From: a virus | IMG/VR virus record: IMGVR_UViG_3300022752_000048 | Coordinates: 15,377-79,376 of that record | DNA: 64,000 nucleotides | Reading direction: 5' to 3' (one strand) | Shown here: positions 49,054 to 58,093 of the stretch, piece after piece | Numbering within the stretch: position 1 is the stretch's first letter | How the letters are laid out: the number at the start of each line of letters is the position of its first letter | Program-made: the position numbers and the translations under genes | Notes under the pieces: generated by a model | Seen by the model: only the letters and a program-made list of their open reading frames with translations | Told to the model about the DNA's origin: nothing | Database searches by the model: none

Positions 49054-49990
49054 GTTTGCGTTCCTTCACATAGTCGGAAAAACGTTCTGAAAAGCTTTTT
49101 GTGTTTGTTTGTAACTTTCGTTGTGTTTTTTCTTGATGATCTTCTGCAATAAACTTAAACTTAACTTGTTTGGCGAGTTTTTTATATTCTTTTGTTTTCT
49201 TAAACGCAATAATGTTGAATGGCGTATCTTTGATAACAATGCGATATTCGTTTACAGGATCAATCTCAAACTTGCTTAGATCTTGAATTTTCACTTCGCG
49301 TGTAACAAACTTTGGCATTTGCAAGTCAATCGGTTTAACAATCTTATAGCTACCGTTTTGTATATCAATTAAATAAACAAACTTTTCTTCGTCTTCGCTA
49401 AATCGATGCTGGCATGGCGTCCCAGGATACCAAACTAAATCGCCTACTGTGTGTTCGCCGTGGATATGCCCACTGATCACCTTACACAATGGAAGTTCAT
49501 CGCCATGTTCGCTTTTTAAGCCTGCTTCCATTAAACAGCCTTTGAACTCTTGATGAGCAAACAGCAAGGATTCTTTGCCAGACAACATTTCTGTTGCTTT
49601 ATGAAATGTTCCCGGAGGGCAGTAAGGCACATAACCGACATGTGTGCCGTCAACGAACTCGTGGGTAGGATTATCGACCGCAACATAGTTTGGAGTGTTT
49701 TTAAACGGCGCCAGAGCGTGAAATCTAGGCAAAAACGTTTTGCTGTCATTCATTTCGTGGTTGCCAAGAATATGAACAATTTTTACATGACTATTTGCGC
49801 TCAAAAACTCAGAAAAGATAGTTAAACAATCATTGCGAACAATATCGTGCTCGTCAAACACATCACCGAGTAAAATAACCATGTTGGGTTTAACTGAAGA
49901 TATAGTTTCAGTTAACCGAGATAACAGCAATTCTGAACGTTTTAATCTGCGATGTGTTAAGTGAATGTCGCCAACTACTAAACAGTTCAT
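49013..49990 (-). CDS. sbcD: SbcD/Mre11/gp47-like nuclease
   Basis: GDIH, LGDVFD, GNHE, AHQE, SGHIH and YPGTP metallophosphoesterase motifs. Confidence 0.95.
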   Translation of the reverse strand: MNCLVVGDIHLTHRRLKRSELLLSRLTETISSVKPNMVILLGDVFDEHDIVRNDCLTIFSEFLSANSHVKIVHILGNHEMNDSKTFLPRFHALAPFKNTPNYVAVDNPTHEFVDGTHVGYVPYCPPGTFHKATEMLSGKESLLFAHQEFKGCLMEAGLKSEHGDELPLCKVISGHIHGEHTVGDLVWYPGTPCQHRFSEDEEKFVYLIDIQNGSYKIVKPIDLQMPKFVTREVKIQDLSKFEIDPVNEYRIVIKDTPFNIIAFKKTKEYKKLAKQVKFKFIAEDHQEKTQRKLQTNTKSFSERFSDYVKERKLEKSYQFIFDKLP

Positions 49991-50125
49991 AGAACCTCAC
50001 TTTTGGTTAGCGTACCAGAATTAATAAAATTGAAAACAAAAAAGTTGGATTGTCATTCCGTGGGCGTTTTCTTATTCCTATAGTTGTGTTTTTATTAAAA
50101 TGTAAAACCTAAAAAAGAAGATGCT

Positions 50126-52051
50126 ATGGCAAAGGCGCAAAATATCTATTTTCCGTTCTTTGTAAGAAGACGGTGGGAAAAAGATACACAAATCATTCCT
50201 TATTTTAAAATCAATAACCTTTTCCTTGATCAAAACAAAGATAAGGATAAAAAGTATCTAGTTTTCTATAATAAGAAAAACGTTGAAAGAATCAAGCAGA
50301 TAAAAACTAATCGGTATATTCCGTTTGTACAACCCACTAATGATTTCTTGGCTCAAACTACATTTGTGATTGATTTTGATCTAAAAGAAAATTTGCCAGA
50401 AGTTACTGAAAAAATTGTTGATGGATTTTCAAAACTAAGTTCTGTTTTGAACGGTAAATGTCTTTTAGTAAAAAGCTCTAGCGGGCTTGGCTGGCATATT
50501 ATTTTTGTAGCAAACGGAAACATAGAACCTAAAAATTATCAACAGCTTCAAAAAGATATCATCCAAAGTCTTTTCTTAGAAATTCAAGACTATATTGATT
50601 TTAATGCATCACTATCCAAAAAACAGGGATTTTATCATCTCGCGTATTTTCCAGAATGGATACAAAAAGGATACATAAACGCTACAAAACGAGAGCAGGG
50701 CAAAAATCGCAGTTTTTGGACTTCTAAAATTGCATTAGATTCGTTTGAAATCCACTTTTTACAAGATAATTTAGTTCCGTTTGAAAATCGCGATTTTTAC
50801 CGTCTAGATAATGATTTAAAAAAGACAGTGGAGTTTATTGATCGCGCAGCGGCATTTAATAATCAGTCAATTAAAATTCAGTATATAAATAGGTTTATCA
50901 ATATTGTTGGCTCTATTTGTGAATCTTCTAATTTTCAGATTAGATCATTGCTGAGTAAATATAGCGTAGAAAATATTAATAAAACACATACACTTGCGGC
51001 TCAGTTTTTAGCTTCCGACGCCTTAAATATTTCTAAATATTCTCACTATTACAGAGCATTTGATAATTTTATCAACCCAGTCGAACAGTCAGAACCTGTT
51101 GAAGATTTCAACAGATTTATTCTGTTATCCAGACAAATTAATTTTAATAAAATTGTGAATAGATATTTCACCTCTGGAAAAACAGATAAAGCTTCGTATT
51201 TTGAAGCTGAAATCAAAACATTAGACAATTTATTTTCAGATTGTTTGCAAATTTCATTAGTTAAAAATCCAGAAAAATGTGTACAAGCATTAGATAAAAA
51301 CATTGAACTGATTGACGAAAAGACGATAATCGGCGAAGCAAAGGCAATCAAAAGATTTATTAAATTTGTTTTTGAAATTAAACAGCTTGAAAGAAAAATA
51401 AACACGCAAAAAAGCAACTTTATTTTAAATGATGTTTTTGCAGATAATTTTTTAAAAACTACGTTTGAGTCAGATTATACAGATTTAATGATCTCTAAAC
51501 AAAATGAACAAACCTTGAAGAAAATATGGCGAGAAGAAAAAGAATGGCTAGTAACCGGATTTAAACAACTACTAGTCTTTATTTTGCATTTGAAAATAGC
51601 GGAAAATAATGTCTTTATAGATATTGGTCTTGAAGATTTCAAGCAATTTTGGAACACGCACGAAAGGAAGGCCACTGCGCTAAGGCAATTGATCATGCCA
51701 AGTCTTTCAAAAAATATTAACGAATACAAGCCTCATTGGAAGCGCCGTGGGTTTATGATCGATTGGAAACTTATTGATAATTTCTGTTCTACCAGATTTG
51801 TATTCACACCTCAATACTTAGCTACTCGAATGGGTAATGGCAATACATGGAGTATTATCCGCGTTTATGCTAAACCTTTAGTTATCAATCACGGATTATA
51901 TGAAGCTTGCAAAATATTTAATGAGGCTATATGGTTATCTGAGGCAAAGAACAAAAAACAGCGAATCCGGGAGTTTGCTCTTTTCGCTAGAAAAATATCT
52001 AGACAAATACAGGAACAAAAATGCAAATTACAAGCTCAGATGGCAGAATAG
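50126..52051 (+). CDS. AEP (primase-polymerase) superfamily-like replication protein
   Basis: VIDFD (motif I), KSSSGLGWHIIF (motif II) and a downstream YID. Confidence 0.6.
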   Translation: MAKAQNIYFPFFVRRRWEKDTQIIPYFKINNLFLDQNKDKDKKYLVFYNKKNVERIKQIKTNRYIPFVQPTNDFLAQTTFVIDFDLKENLPEVTEKIVDGFSKLSSVLNGKCLLVKSSSGLGWHIIFVANGNIEPKNYQQLQKDIIQSLFLEIQDYIDFNASLSKKQGFYHLAYFPEWIQKGYINATKREQGKNRSFWTSKIALDSFEIHFLQDNLVPFENRDFYRLDNDLKKTVEFIDRAAAFNNQSIKIQYINRFINIVGSICESSNFQIRSLLSKYSVENINKTHTLAAQFLASDALNISKYSHYYRAFDNFINPVEQSEPVEDFNRFILLSRQINFNKIVNRYFTSGKTDKASYFEAEIKTLDNLFSDCLQISLVKNPEKCVQALDKNIELIDEKTIIGEAKAIKRFIKFVFEIKQLERKINTQKSNFILNDVFADNFLKTTFESDYTDLMISKQNEQTLKKIWREEKEWLVTGFKQLLVFILHLKIAENNVFIDIGLEDFKQFWNTHERKATALRQLIMPSLSKNINEYKPHWKRRGFMIDWKLIDNFCSTRFVFTPQYLATRMGNGNTWSIIRVYAKPLVINHGLYEACKIFNEAIWLSEAKNKKQRIREFALFARKISRQIQEQKCKLQAQMAE

Positions 52052-52719
52052 TAATAATGGTCACTGACGATATTTACAATAAAAGTATCTATCCACAGTG
52101 TGATTTTAGCATTGTTGAGCTGCCCCTAGAAGCTAAAGACGCTAAAAAAATGTACCAGCAGCTCTATAAAACTCAAAAAAATAATCATATTTCTTTACAA
52201 TATAGTCGTTTACCAAAAAAACTTCGGCTAAAAGCCATGAGCAACGTCTATCTAGGAGATGAGATTGGTTTTAAGTTTTATGATTATGTAACAGTCGTTT
52301 CACAACAACCCTGCCGACAGCCTCCAAATCATCTGTCTCCTCTAGGGGAAGTTGGTATTTTGTTTACAAAAAACGAAGAACCCAATATTAAAACCACTCA
52401 TTGGTTCAATCCAGAAATTGGAGATTGTACTAACGTTTGGGATGTCGGATTTCAACCAAAAGAAGGAAATGGGCAAACAATATCTAAAAAATTTGCATGG
52501 GAGATAGGATATCTTTTGGCAAATTTAGCAAGTCCACTCATCTGCAGAAAGTTCTTAGTGTTGGGGCTGCCTGAGTTGTCAATGGCAAAATTTGCATTAC
52601 ATTCAAACTTACAAATGTATGCAATAACTTCAGATGAATTTACTGCCAACAAAATTATTAAAGATTACGACAAAACGTACAAAAACGAGGTAGAAGATAA
52701 GTCATGGCAAAAGAAATAA
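52021..52719 (+). CDS. Degenerate beta-class N4C/N6A DNA methyltransferase-like protein
   Basis: Scaffold motifs occur in beta-class order (CDFSIVELP, GFKFYD, EVGILFTK, TNVWDV, KKFAWEI..L, AITSD), but DPPY/SPPY and FxGxG are missing. Confidence 0.55.
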   Translation: MQITSSDGRIVIMVTDDIYNKSIYPQCDFSIVELPLEAKDAKKMYQQLYKTQKNNHISLQYSRLPKKLRLKAMSNVYLGDEIGFKFYDYVTVVSQQPCRQPPNHLSPLGEVGILFTKNEEPNIKTTHWFNPEIGDCTNVWDVGFQPKEGNGQTISKKFAWEIGYLLANLASPLICRKFLVLGLPELSMAKFALHSNLQMYAITSDEFTANKIIKDYDKTYKNEVEDKSWQKK

Positions 52720-54314
52720 AGTACGGCGTTGAAGCTCGAGAAAAAGCTGTAAAAGCGTTGGAAGAAATTTCTCATATTGTTGGTAGTACTCTTGGGCCGG
52801 GCGGTAAAACTGTTCTTTTGAGTCGTCGTAATTCTGCCGACGAAATTTCTGTTTCTCACACCAAAGACGGATTTAACGTTCTTAACAGCCTTCGCTATAC
52901 CGACCCCGTATTTGATGCTGTGCATAAACTTTGCTTACAAGCCAGTGCAAACTCAGTTGTTTCATCGGGTGACGGAACTACCTCAACTATTGTTATGGCA
53001 GCAGCCTTTGCTAAGGCTTTAGTCAAAAATGGAAACAACCCGCAAGCTGCGGCTCGCAGGTTTCGTAAAGAAATTCAAAACGCTATCGAGGCGATTAAAC
53101 AAGAATCGGTGGCTAGCGATGAGGCTGTATATAAAGTGGCGTTAACAAGTGCTAACGGCGATGAAGAACTCACCAAGTTTGTTATGGATGCAGTTTCCCA
53201 AAGCTCTGCTTATGGAACTGTCATCGTAGAAAAAAATCCTATGTCTAAAGATCCGTACAAAGTCGACAAGGAATATGGATATCAAGCCGGCACAGGGTAC
53301 AGCTATTATCTGCCATTTGCGCAAAGCATTCGTCCAAATTTGGCAAATAATGCTGAATTCACAATCAAGCAATCCCATGTTTTGCCTTATAACGGCGACC
53401 TAATGATGATGTCGCAGGTAAAACCGATGCTCGAATGCATGGCAAAAAACACTATCGGGGGCTGGAGTCTGCTGATTGTGTGCCATCAAATTGCTGAAGA
53501 TTTAGCTGCAAATTTGGCGTTTTTTAATCGTCAAAATCCTAACGCAAAAGTGTTTGTAGTAAGGACTACTCCCTCTGCAGAACTAAATGGGCAGGTTCAG
53601 CAGCTTAATGATATTGCATCTTATACCGGTGCAAAAGTTATGGACGGTGGAAGCCTTACTCACCTTACTATGGAAGACTTTGGCGACTGTAAATCAGTAA
53701 GAATTGGGCCTCACAAAACTTTCATTTTAGGTAAATCCGAACGTAATTGGATTATCGAGCGAGCGGAGCAAAACGAAGAATCGGCTCGTTTGGCGCCAAG
53801 TCAGATGGACCGCGATATCATCAACTCCCGTAATGCATCTTTGACTGGCGGTTGCGTGAAGCTAATTATTGGTGGTTCATTGATGAGTGATTTACAAGAA
53901 CGCGCTGACCGTGCTGATGACGCTATTAAAGCTTCGCAAGCTTGTTCACGCTCAGGAGCTCTGCCGGGCTGCGGTGCATCGTACATGCGAGCGGGGCAGC
54001 AAGCTAAGGTTTCTGAATCCGTACAGACAGCGCTTGCAAGCATTCATAATGTGATTATGACAAATTTTGGTGAAACGCCCATGAAGCATTTTGATAAAAA
54101 TGAAACGTATTATATTACAGATAATGATATTAAAAGAGTAGAAAATTTTTTAGAACACGGAGTTGCCGATAGTTTTGAAACTATTCGGGCGGTTATCACA
54201 AACGCATTTGAACTAGGTTTATTGGTGACAAACTTAGGCGGTTATAGCCTTGAAGCTGATTTAGATCAGATGGAGCAGGCGGCTAGGGCTAAAGAAATTC
54301 TAAGAGGCGTATAG
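52704..54314 (+). CDS. groEL: Phage chaperonin (GroEL-like)
   Basis: MAKEIKYG.EAR, STLGPGG, TKDG, GDGTTS, ER.DRADDAIKA and GALPGCG. Confidence 0.92.
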   Translation: MAKEIKYGVEAREKAVKALEEISHIVGSTLGPGGKTVLLSRRNSADEISVSHTKDGFNVLNSLRYTDPVFDAVHKLCLQASANSVVSSGDGTTSTIVMAAAFAKALVKNGNNPQAAARRFRKEIQNAIEAIKQESVASDEAVYKVALTSANGDEELTKFVMDAVSQSSAYGTVIVEKNPMSKDPYKVDKEYGYQAGTGYSYYLPFAQSIRPNLANNAEFTIKQSHVLPYNGDLMMMSQVKPMLECMAKNTIGGWSLLIVCHQIAEDLAANLAFFNRQNPNAKVFVVRTTPSAELNGQVQQLNDIASYTGAKVMDGGSLTHLTMEDFGDCKSVRIGPHKTFILGKSERNWIIERAEQNEESARLAPSQMDRDIINSRNASLTGGCVKLIIGGSLMSDLQERADRADDAIKASQACSRSGALPGCGASYMRAGQQAKVSESVQTALASIHNVIMTNFGETPMKHFDKNETYYITDNDIKRVENFLEHGVADSFETIRAVITNAFELGLLVTNLGGYSLEADLDQMEQAARAKEILRGV

Positions 54315-54321
54315 TATTATA

Positions 54322-54573
54322 ATGAAAAAGAAATTTTCTGCAAAAATTGAGTTTTTGTTACCGGATGATTTTCAAGGTTCGTACCTTGAAGCGCTAAAAG
54401 AATATGTTGGATATTTAGAAAAAAATGGGTCAGAGGAGACAAATATTCCACAATTTCTGCCGGAAGATTGGCATTTTGCATTTTCGTTAGGGCAGGGAAA
54501 AAGGTCTTGCCACAGTTATTCAATAGAATTATTTGGAGTAGATATTCAGGAATTAGAAGAATATCTCGATTGA
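54322..54573 (+). CDS. Hypothetical protein
   Basis: 83-aa ORF after the chaperonin; no GroES motifs. Confidence 0.5.
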   Translation: MKKKFSAKIEFLLPDDFQGSYLEALKEYVGYLEKNGSEETNIPQFLPEDWHFAFSLGQGKRSCHSYSIELFGVDIQELEEYLD

Positions 54574-54586
54574 TTAATAAAAAGAT

Positions 54587-54598
54587 GTGATATACTTT
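54587..54598 (+). promoter_or_regulatory. Candidate late promoter TGA-TATACT
   Basis: GTGATATACTTT upstream of an AGGAG RBS and a structural gene; resembles the motifs at 2820, 9813, 36913 and 57184. Confidence 0.45.
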
Positions 54599-54634
54599 TA
54601 AAGTGTTTTTTCTATACAAAAGGAGTGTTTTGTT

Positions 54635-56440
54635 ATGCAGATTAAAAAGAAGTTTATTAAGAATAATGCAGTTGATGGTGCAAAACTGTTGCTTCTTAAT
54701 GACCAGTCCGTTCGTGCCCTAGACGCAAGCGATAACGTGGTTGAGCTAATGAAGCTCGATGTTTCTGGCGACCTTCGCATGTTGGTTTTACCAAAAGCAT
54801 CGGTTGACCCTACACACGCTGAACATCTTGCTCGTAAGAGTTATGTTGATGCTGAAGTTGCAGGTGCATTAAGCTCTGCCAATAGCTACACCGACTCACA
54901 AATTGCGGCTACTGTTGGTGCTGCTCCAGAACTTCTTAATACCTTGCAAGAACTATCTGCTGCTCTTGGGGATGATGCCAATTTTGCAACAACAATTGCA
55001 AATCAAATCAGCAGTCTTGATGGCAGACTAGATACTTTAGAGGGTGCCGAAGGAGTTGCTGGCTCTGTTAAGCAGAATATAACTGATCGTCTAGCCCCTT
55101 CTATCGCTAGAAGGCAGATTTATGTTGACCTAGCTGCAAAAGGTGGATGGCATTTACCAAGCGAAACACCTGATTATGTTGCAGACGGTTCAATCTATAG
55201 ACCTTTCAGCACTATCCAGGCAGCTATTAATCATGGATATACATCATTAGATGACCTTACCTATGGTCTTCCAAATGCTGACCATGATTTTGTGGTTATT
55301 GTAAAATCTTCCGGTAATATGCAAACAGGTAATAATGCTAATCCTGTGAATATTATTATCGATCCAAGCGCTATTCGCGTTGCTGCTGGCAAACCAGCTC
55401 TTTCTGCTCCAGGTGGAAAGATGACCCTTATGTTTGAAGAAGGGCTAATTGGCGGGATCGTCCCACTAAAATTAGTTGGTACTATTACAATTAGTGGTGC
55501 TAATACCACTCGTATTAAATTGAAGAATATTTACATTGAAGCACCAAACTTCTCTTCTTCAAATCCTCCAACAGTGTTGACTATTAATGGAACTGCTGGA
55601 CGCCATTATTTTGATAACTGTACTCTAAACGGTAAAACTGTGTTCCAAGGCGCATGGGCACGCTGGCATGAATTCAACAATGGTGCTAACTACGGTTACC
55701 AATTGGGCGGAAGCTCCACTGGTAGTGTAACCTCACAAAATACTATTTGTGATGCAGTCACTACGGTTAACACCGGTTTAATGTACTTTTTGAATTCTGA
55801 TAGAATTCACTCAGTTGTGCATAATGCTGGCTCTTTAATGATGACAAGAAGTGCATTAGGAAATTCCGCTGGCGTAGTTTCTTCAGCTTCTGCTCCGGGT
55901 GTTTTGTTTTTAAGAGACGTAAACTTCTTTACTGGTGCTGCTTACGCCGCATTTTCAAAAACTGGATCGGCGCCTTATTATTTAAATAATGTAATGCGCT
56001 CTTCTGCTAGCGATGCGCTCAGCGGAACAAGAATTGCTTGGGGTGCAACAAGCAGCGATGCTAAATTCGTTGCGGCACAAGCTGGCGATTGGTCTAGTTT
56101 AGTTGGTGGAGAAACTTCAGTAAAAGTTGCTCTTGATGAACTAAAGGCTAACGTTAAATCTTTGAACGGTGGCTTATCAGCAATCGGCGCCGGAAAAGAA
56201 TCTTTTATTTTATCTGCATCAGATATTTCTAATGGTTACATTGATTTATCTGTAGCGGCTATTATGGCACATTCTCTTAATGCATGGGTTGATCGTCTAG
56301 GCATTTTTGAAGGTTCAGATTATAGTTTAACAAACACGGGCTCTGCCGTCAGATTAGTTTTTGCTGGAAGCCTTCTTCCAGGCGCAGACGAGGCATTAGC
56401 GGAGGGAGATGTAATCCGTGTAAGTTACATCGTTTCTTAA
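54635..56440 (+). CDS. Virion fibre/appendage protein
   Basis: ARKSYVD and APELLNTLQELSAALGDDANFATT fibre motifs, RPFSTIQAAIN preceding a beta-helix-like region, and C-terminal EGSDY...EGDVIRVSY. Confidence 0.75.
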   Translation: MQIKKKFIKNNAVDGAKLLLLNDQSVRALDASDNVVELMKLDVSGDLRMLVLPKASVDPTHAEHLARKSYVDAEVAGALSSANSYTDSQIAATVGAAPELLNTLQELSAALGDDANFATTIANQISSLDGRLDTLEGAEGVAGSVKQNITDRLAPSIARRQIYVDLAAKGGWHLPSETPDYVADGSIYRPFSTIQAAINHGYTSLDDLTYGLPNADHDFVVIVKSSGNMQTGNNANPVNIIIDPSAIRVAAGKPALSAPGGKMTLMFEEGLIGGIVPLKLVGTITISGANTTRIKLKNIYIEAPNFSSSNPPTVLTINGTAGRHYFDNCTLNGKTVFQGAWARWHEFNNGANYGYQLGGSSTGSVTSQNTICDAVTTVNTGLMYFLNSDRIHSVVHNAGSLMMTRSALGNSAGVVSSASAPGVLFLRDVNFFTGAAYAAFSKTGSAPYYLNNVMRSSASDALSGTRIAWGATSSDAKFVAAQAGDWSSLVGGETSVKVALDELKANVKSLNGGLSAIGAGKESFILSASDISNGYIDLSVAAIMAHSLNAWVDRLGIFEGSDYSLTNTGSAVRLVFAGSLLPGADEALAEGDVIRVSYIVS

Positions 56441-56460
56441 TAAGAAATTAAGAATTTTTA

Positions 56461-56490
56461 AAGGTCAGGCGTTGGGCCTGACCTTTTTTT
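56461..56490 (+). terminator. Rho-independent terminator
   Basis: AAGGTCAGGC-GTTGG-GCCTGACCTT followed by a T-run. Confidence 0.9.
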
Positions 56491-56502
56491 ATGCACAAAA
56501 TA

Positions 56503-56703
56503 TTAATAATTAGCCAACTTTTTTTTTCCCAAAACAAATAGAGAATCTGGTTGAATAACCGCATCGCTACCAGAGTTTTGGCTTCTTATCTGAATTGCAA
56601 CAGTCCCACTAGATGTAATTCTAAAATGGCCTTGGCCAAGACGCACAAAATTTGTATGTCAAAACACCTAATTTATTTGCGGCAATTTTTTTAAAAAACT
56701 CAT
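56503..56703 (-). pseudogene. Probable remnant of a structural gene
   Basis: AAGAGGT RBS plus ATG, two in-frame stops, then the protein-like frame NFVRLGQGHFRITSSGTVAIQIRSQNSGSDAVIQPDSLFVL. Confidence 0.4.
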
Positions 56704-56780
56704 GGCAACCTCTTATCATATAATAATAAACAAATATCATAAATATGTTATCATTAAATAACAAAAAAGGATTTATTGAT

Positions 56781-57185
56781 ATGTTTGGAATTCAACCAAT
56801 AGAATATTATAACAATATAAATGACTTCACTCCAATTAAAAGCTGGGACATAGCTAGTGGTAGTCCAGTCACACTATATTTTATATTAACAAAAACTGAT
56901 GGTTTAGGGAACAGAAGATTTATTATTGATAATTCTACCACTGTGAATATAGCATTTTTACGTTCTAGACCGGCAAAAAGCGGCGAAATTGCAAAAACTA
57001 TCTCAAAAACAGCAACAACGGTTTCTCCTAATGACAAATCGTTGTTCCAAATAACTTTATCCGCAGAGGACGCTGCGACTATTCTTTCGGGTTCTATTCA
57101 ATTAATAGTAACTATTAGCGGTTCTCAAAATAAAAGCAGCATACCGTATATTGTCAAAAAGAACATTTCTTCCCCGGGATTTTAG
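56781..57185 (+). CDS. Hypothetical Ig-like/BppU-like structural protein
   Basis: Beta-rich with FQITLSAEDA; the ATG at 56781 follows AAAGGA. Confidence 0.5.
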   Translation: MFGIQPIEYYNNINDFTPIKSWDIASGSPVTLYFILTKTDGLGNRRFIIDNSTTVNIAFLRSRPAKSGEIAKTISKTATTVSPNDKSLFQITLSAEDAATILSGSIQLIVTISGSQNKSSIPYIVKKNISSPGF

Positions 57186-57195
57186 TGTATAATTT
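57184..57195 (+). promoter_or_regulatory. Candidate late promoter AGTGTATAATTT
   Basis: The identical 12-mer occurs at 36913..36924 (minus); both copies precede probable virion genes. Confidence 0.55.
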
Positions 57196-57235
57196 TTTAT
57201 AGTTTTAACACTCTTTCTTTACAGAGGTATTTATT

Positions 57236-57763
57236 ATGGCTAGTCCACGTTTTTCTAAAGTTGCTAAACAGCTCGAAGATAACCTAAAGAATCTTGGTTA
57301 TTCAAAAGCAAAGGCAAAGGTTGTTTCTCTTGATTCAGCTGGTAACGTTATTGCTTGGCTAAACGTTTCTTCTGCTGGTTCAGCTGCTGGCGATCTTCAA
57401 TGTTTCCTTCGTTTTAAAGCGTGGGAAGTTGCTGGTCTTCAGTTTCCAGATTCAATGAAAACTCAACTTCACGCAGCCGGGCAATTTGCTGAAGGCGCCG
57501 CTCTTGTTGAGCTCATCGTTGAATCGCCCGCTGCAACTCCTGCTGCTGGTGGACTTCATAAATTTCTTCCAGATGTTCTTCATGTTTTACGCGGCCAAAA
57601 TGGCGCAGTTGTTAAGCTAAAACAAACTGCTGCTGGAACTGCACCTGCTCTCGCTCCAGGTGGGGTCCTTGCAACTTCTGCAGCTGCATGGGATGCTGCA
57701 GGTGTTGAGGTCGGTGTGCTTATGCCTTACGGTCGTGGCACTGCTCCTGGTTCTTTGGCCTAA
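57236..57763 (+). CDS. Highly expressed virion protein (possible capsid decoration)
   Basis: GAGGT RBS, strong GCT/GTT/CTT codon bias, own promoter and terminator. Confidence 0.55.
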   Translation: MASPRFSKVAKQLEDNLKNLGYSKAKAKVVSLDSAGNVIAWLNVSSAGSAAGDLQCFLRFKAWEVAGLQFPDSMKTQLHAAGQFAEGAALVELIVESPAATPAAGGLHKFLPDVLHVLRGQNGAVVKLKQTAAGTAPALAPGGVLATSAAAWDAAGVEVGVLMPYGRGTAPGSLA

Positions 57764-57767
57764 TTTA

Positions 57768-57793
57768 GTGGGCCGAAAGGCCCATTTATTTTT
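57768..57793 (+). terminator. Terminator/attenuator with GAAA tetraloop
   Basis: TGGGCC-GAAA-GGCCCA followed by TTTATTTTT. Confidence 0.7.
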
Positions 57794-57813
57794 AAACATG
57801 AGGTAAAACAAGC

Positions 57814-58080
57814 ATGGCTCTTTTAACCCCTGAAGTAAAAAAACTTCTAAATGATTTTTCAAAATCACAGCCTGCACTTAATCTACCCGGTCTTCCTGCG
57901 GATAAATCAGGCATCAAGCTTGGTGATCTAATTGAAGCTGCTGCGGCTGGTGAAGTGGCAGATCAATCTGCGGCAATTGCGGCTCTTCAAGCGGCAGTTC
58001 TCGCTTTACAAGGCGCTGTTACTACCCTTCAAGGTCAAGTTGCTAACCACGAAGCTCGTATTTCAGCTCTAGAACCGTAA
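57814..58080 (+). CDS. Small coiled-coil virion protein
   Basis: Heptads IAALQAAVLALQGAVTTLQGQV..HEARISALE; GAGGT RBS. Confidence 0.65.
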   Translation: MALLTPEVKKLLNDFSKSQPALNLPGLPADKSGIKLGDLIEAAAAGEVADQSAAIAALQAAVLALQGAVTTLQGQVANHEARISALEP

Positions 58081-58093
58081 GAAGAGGTGTTAG

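Noticed and set aside
54322-54573. GroES candidate downstream of the chaperonin
   Set aside because: Lacks the PLxDRV, mobile-loop GGI and VGD motifs.
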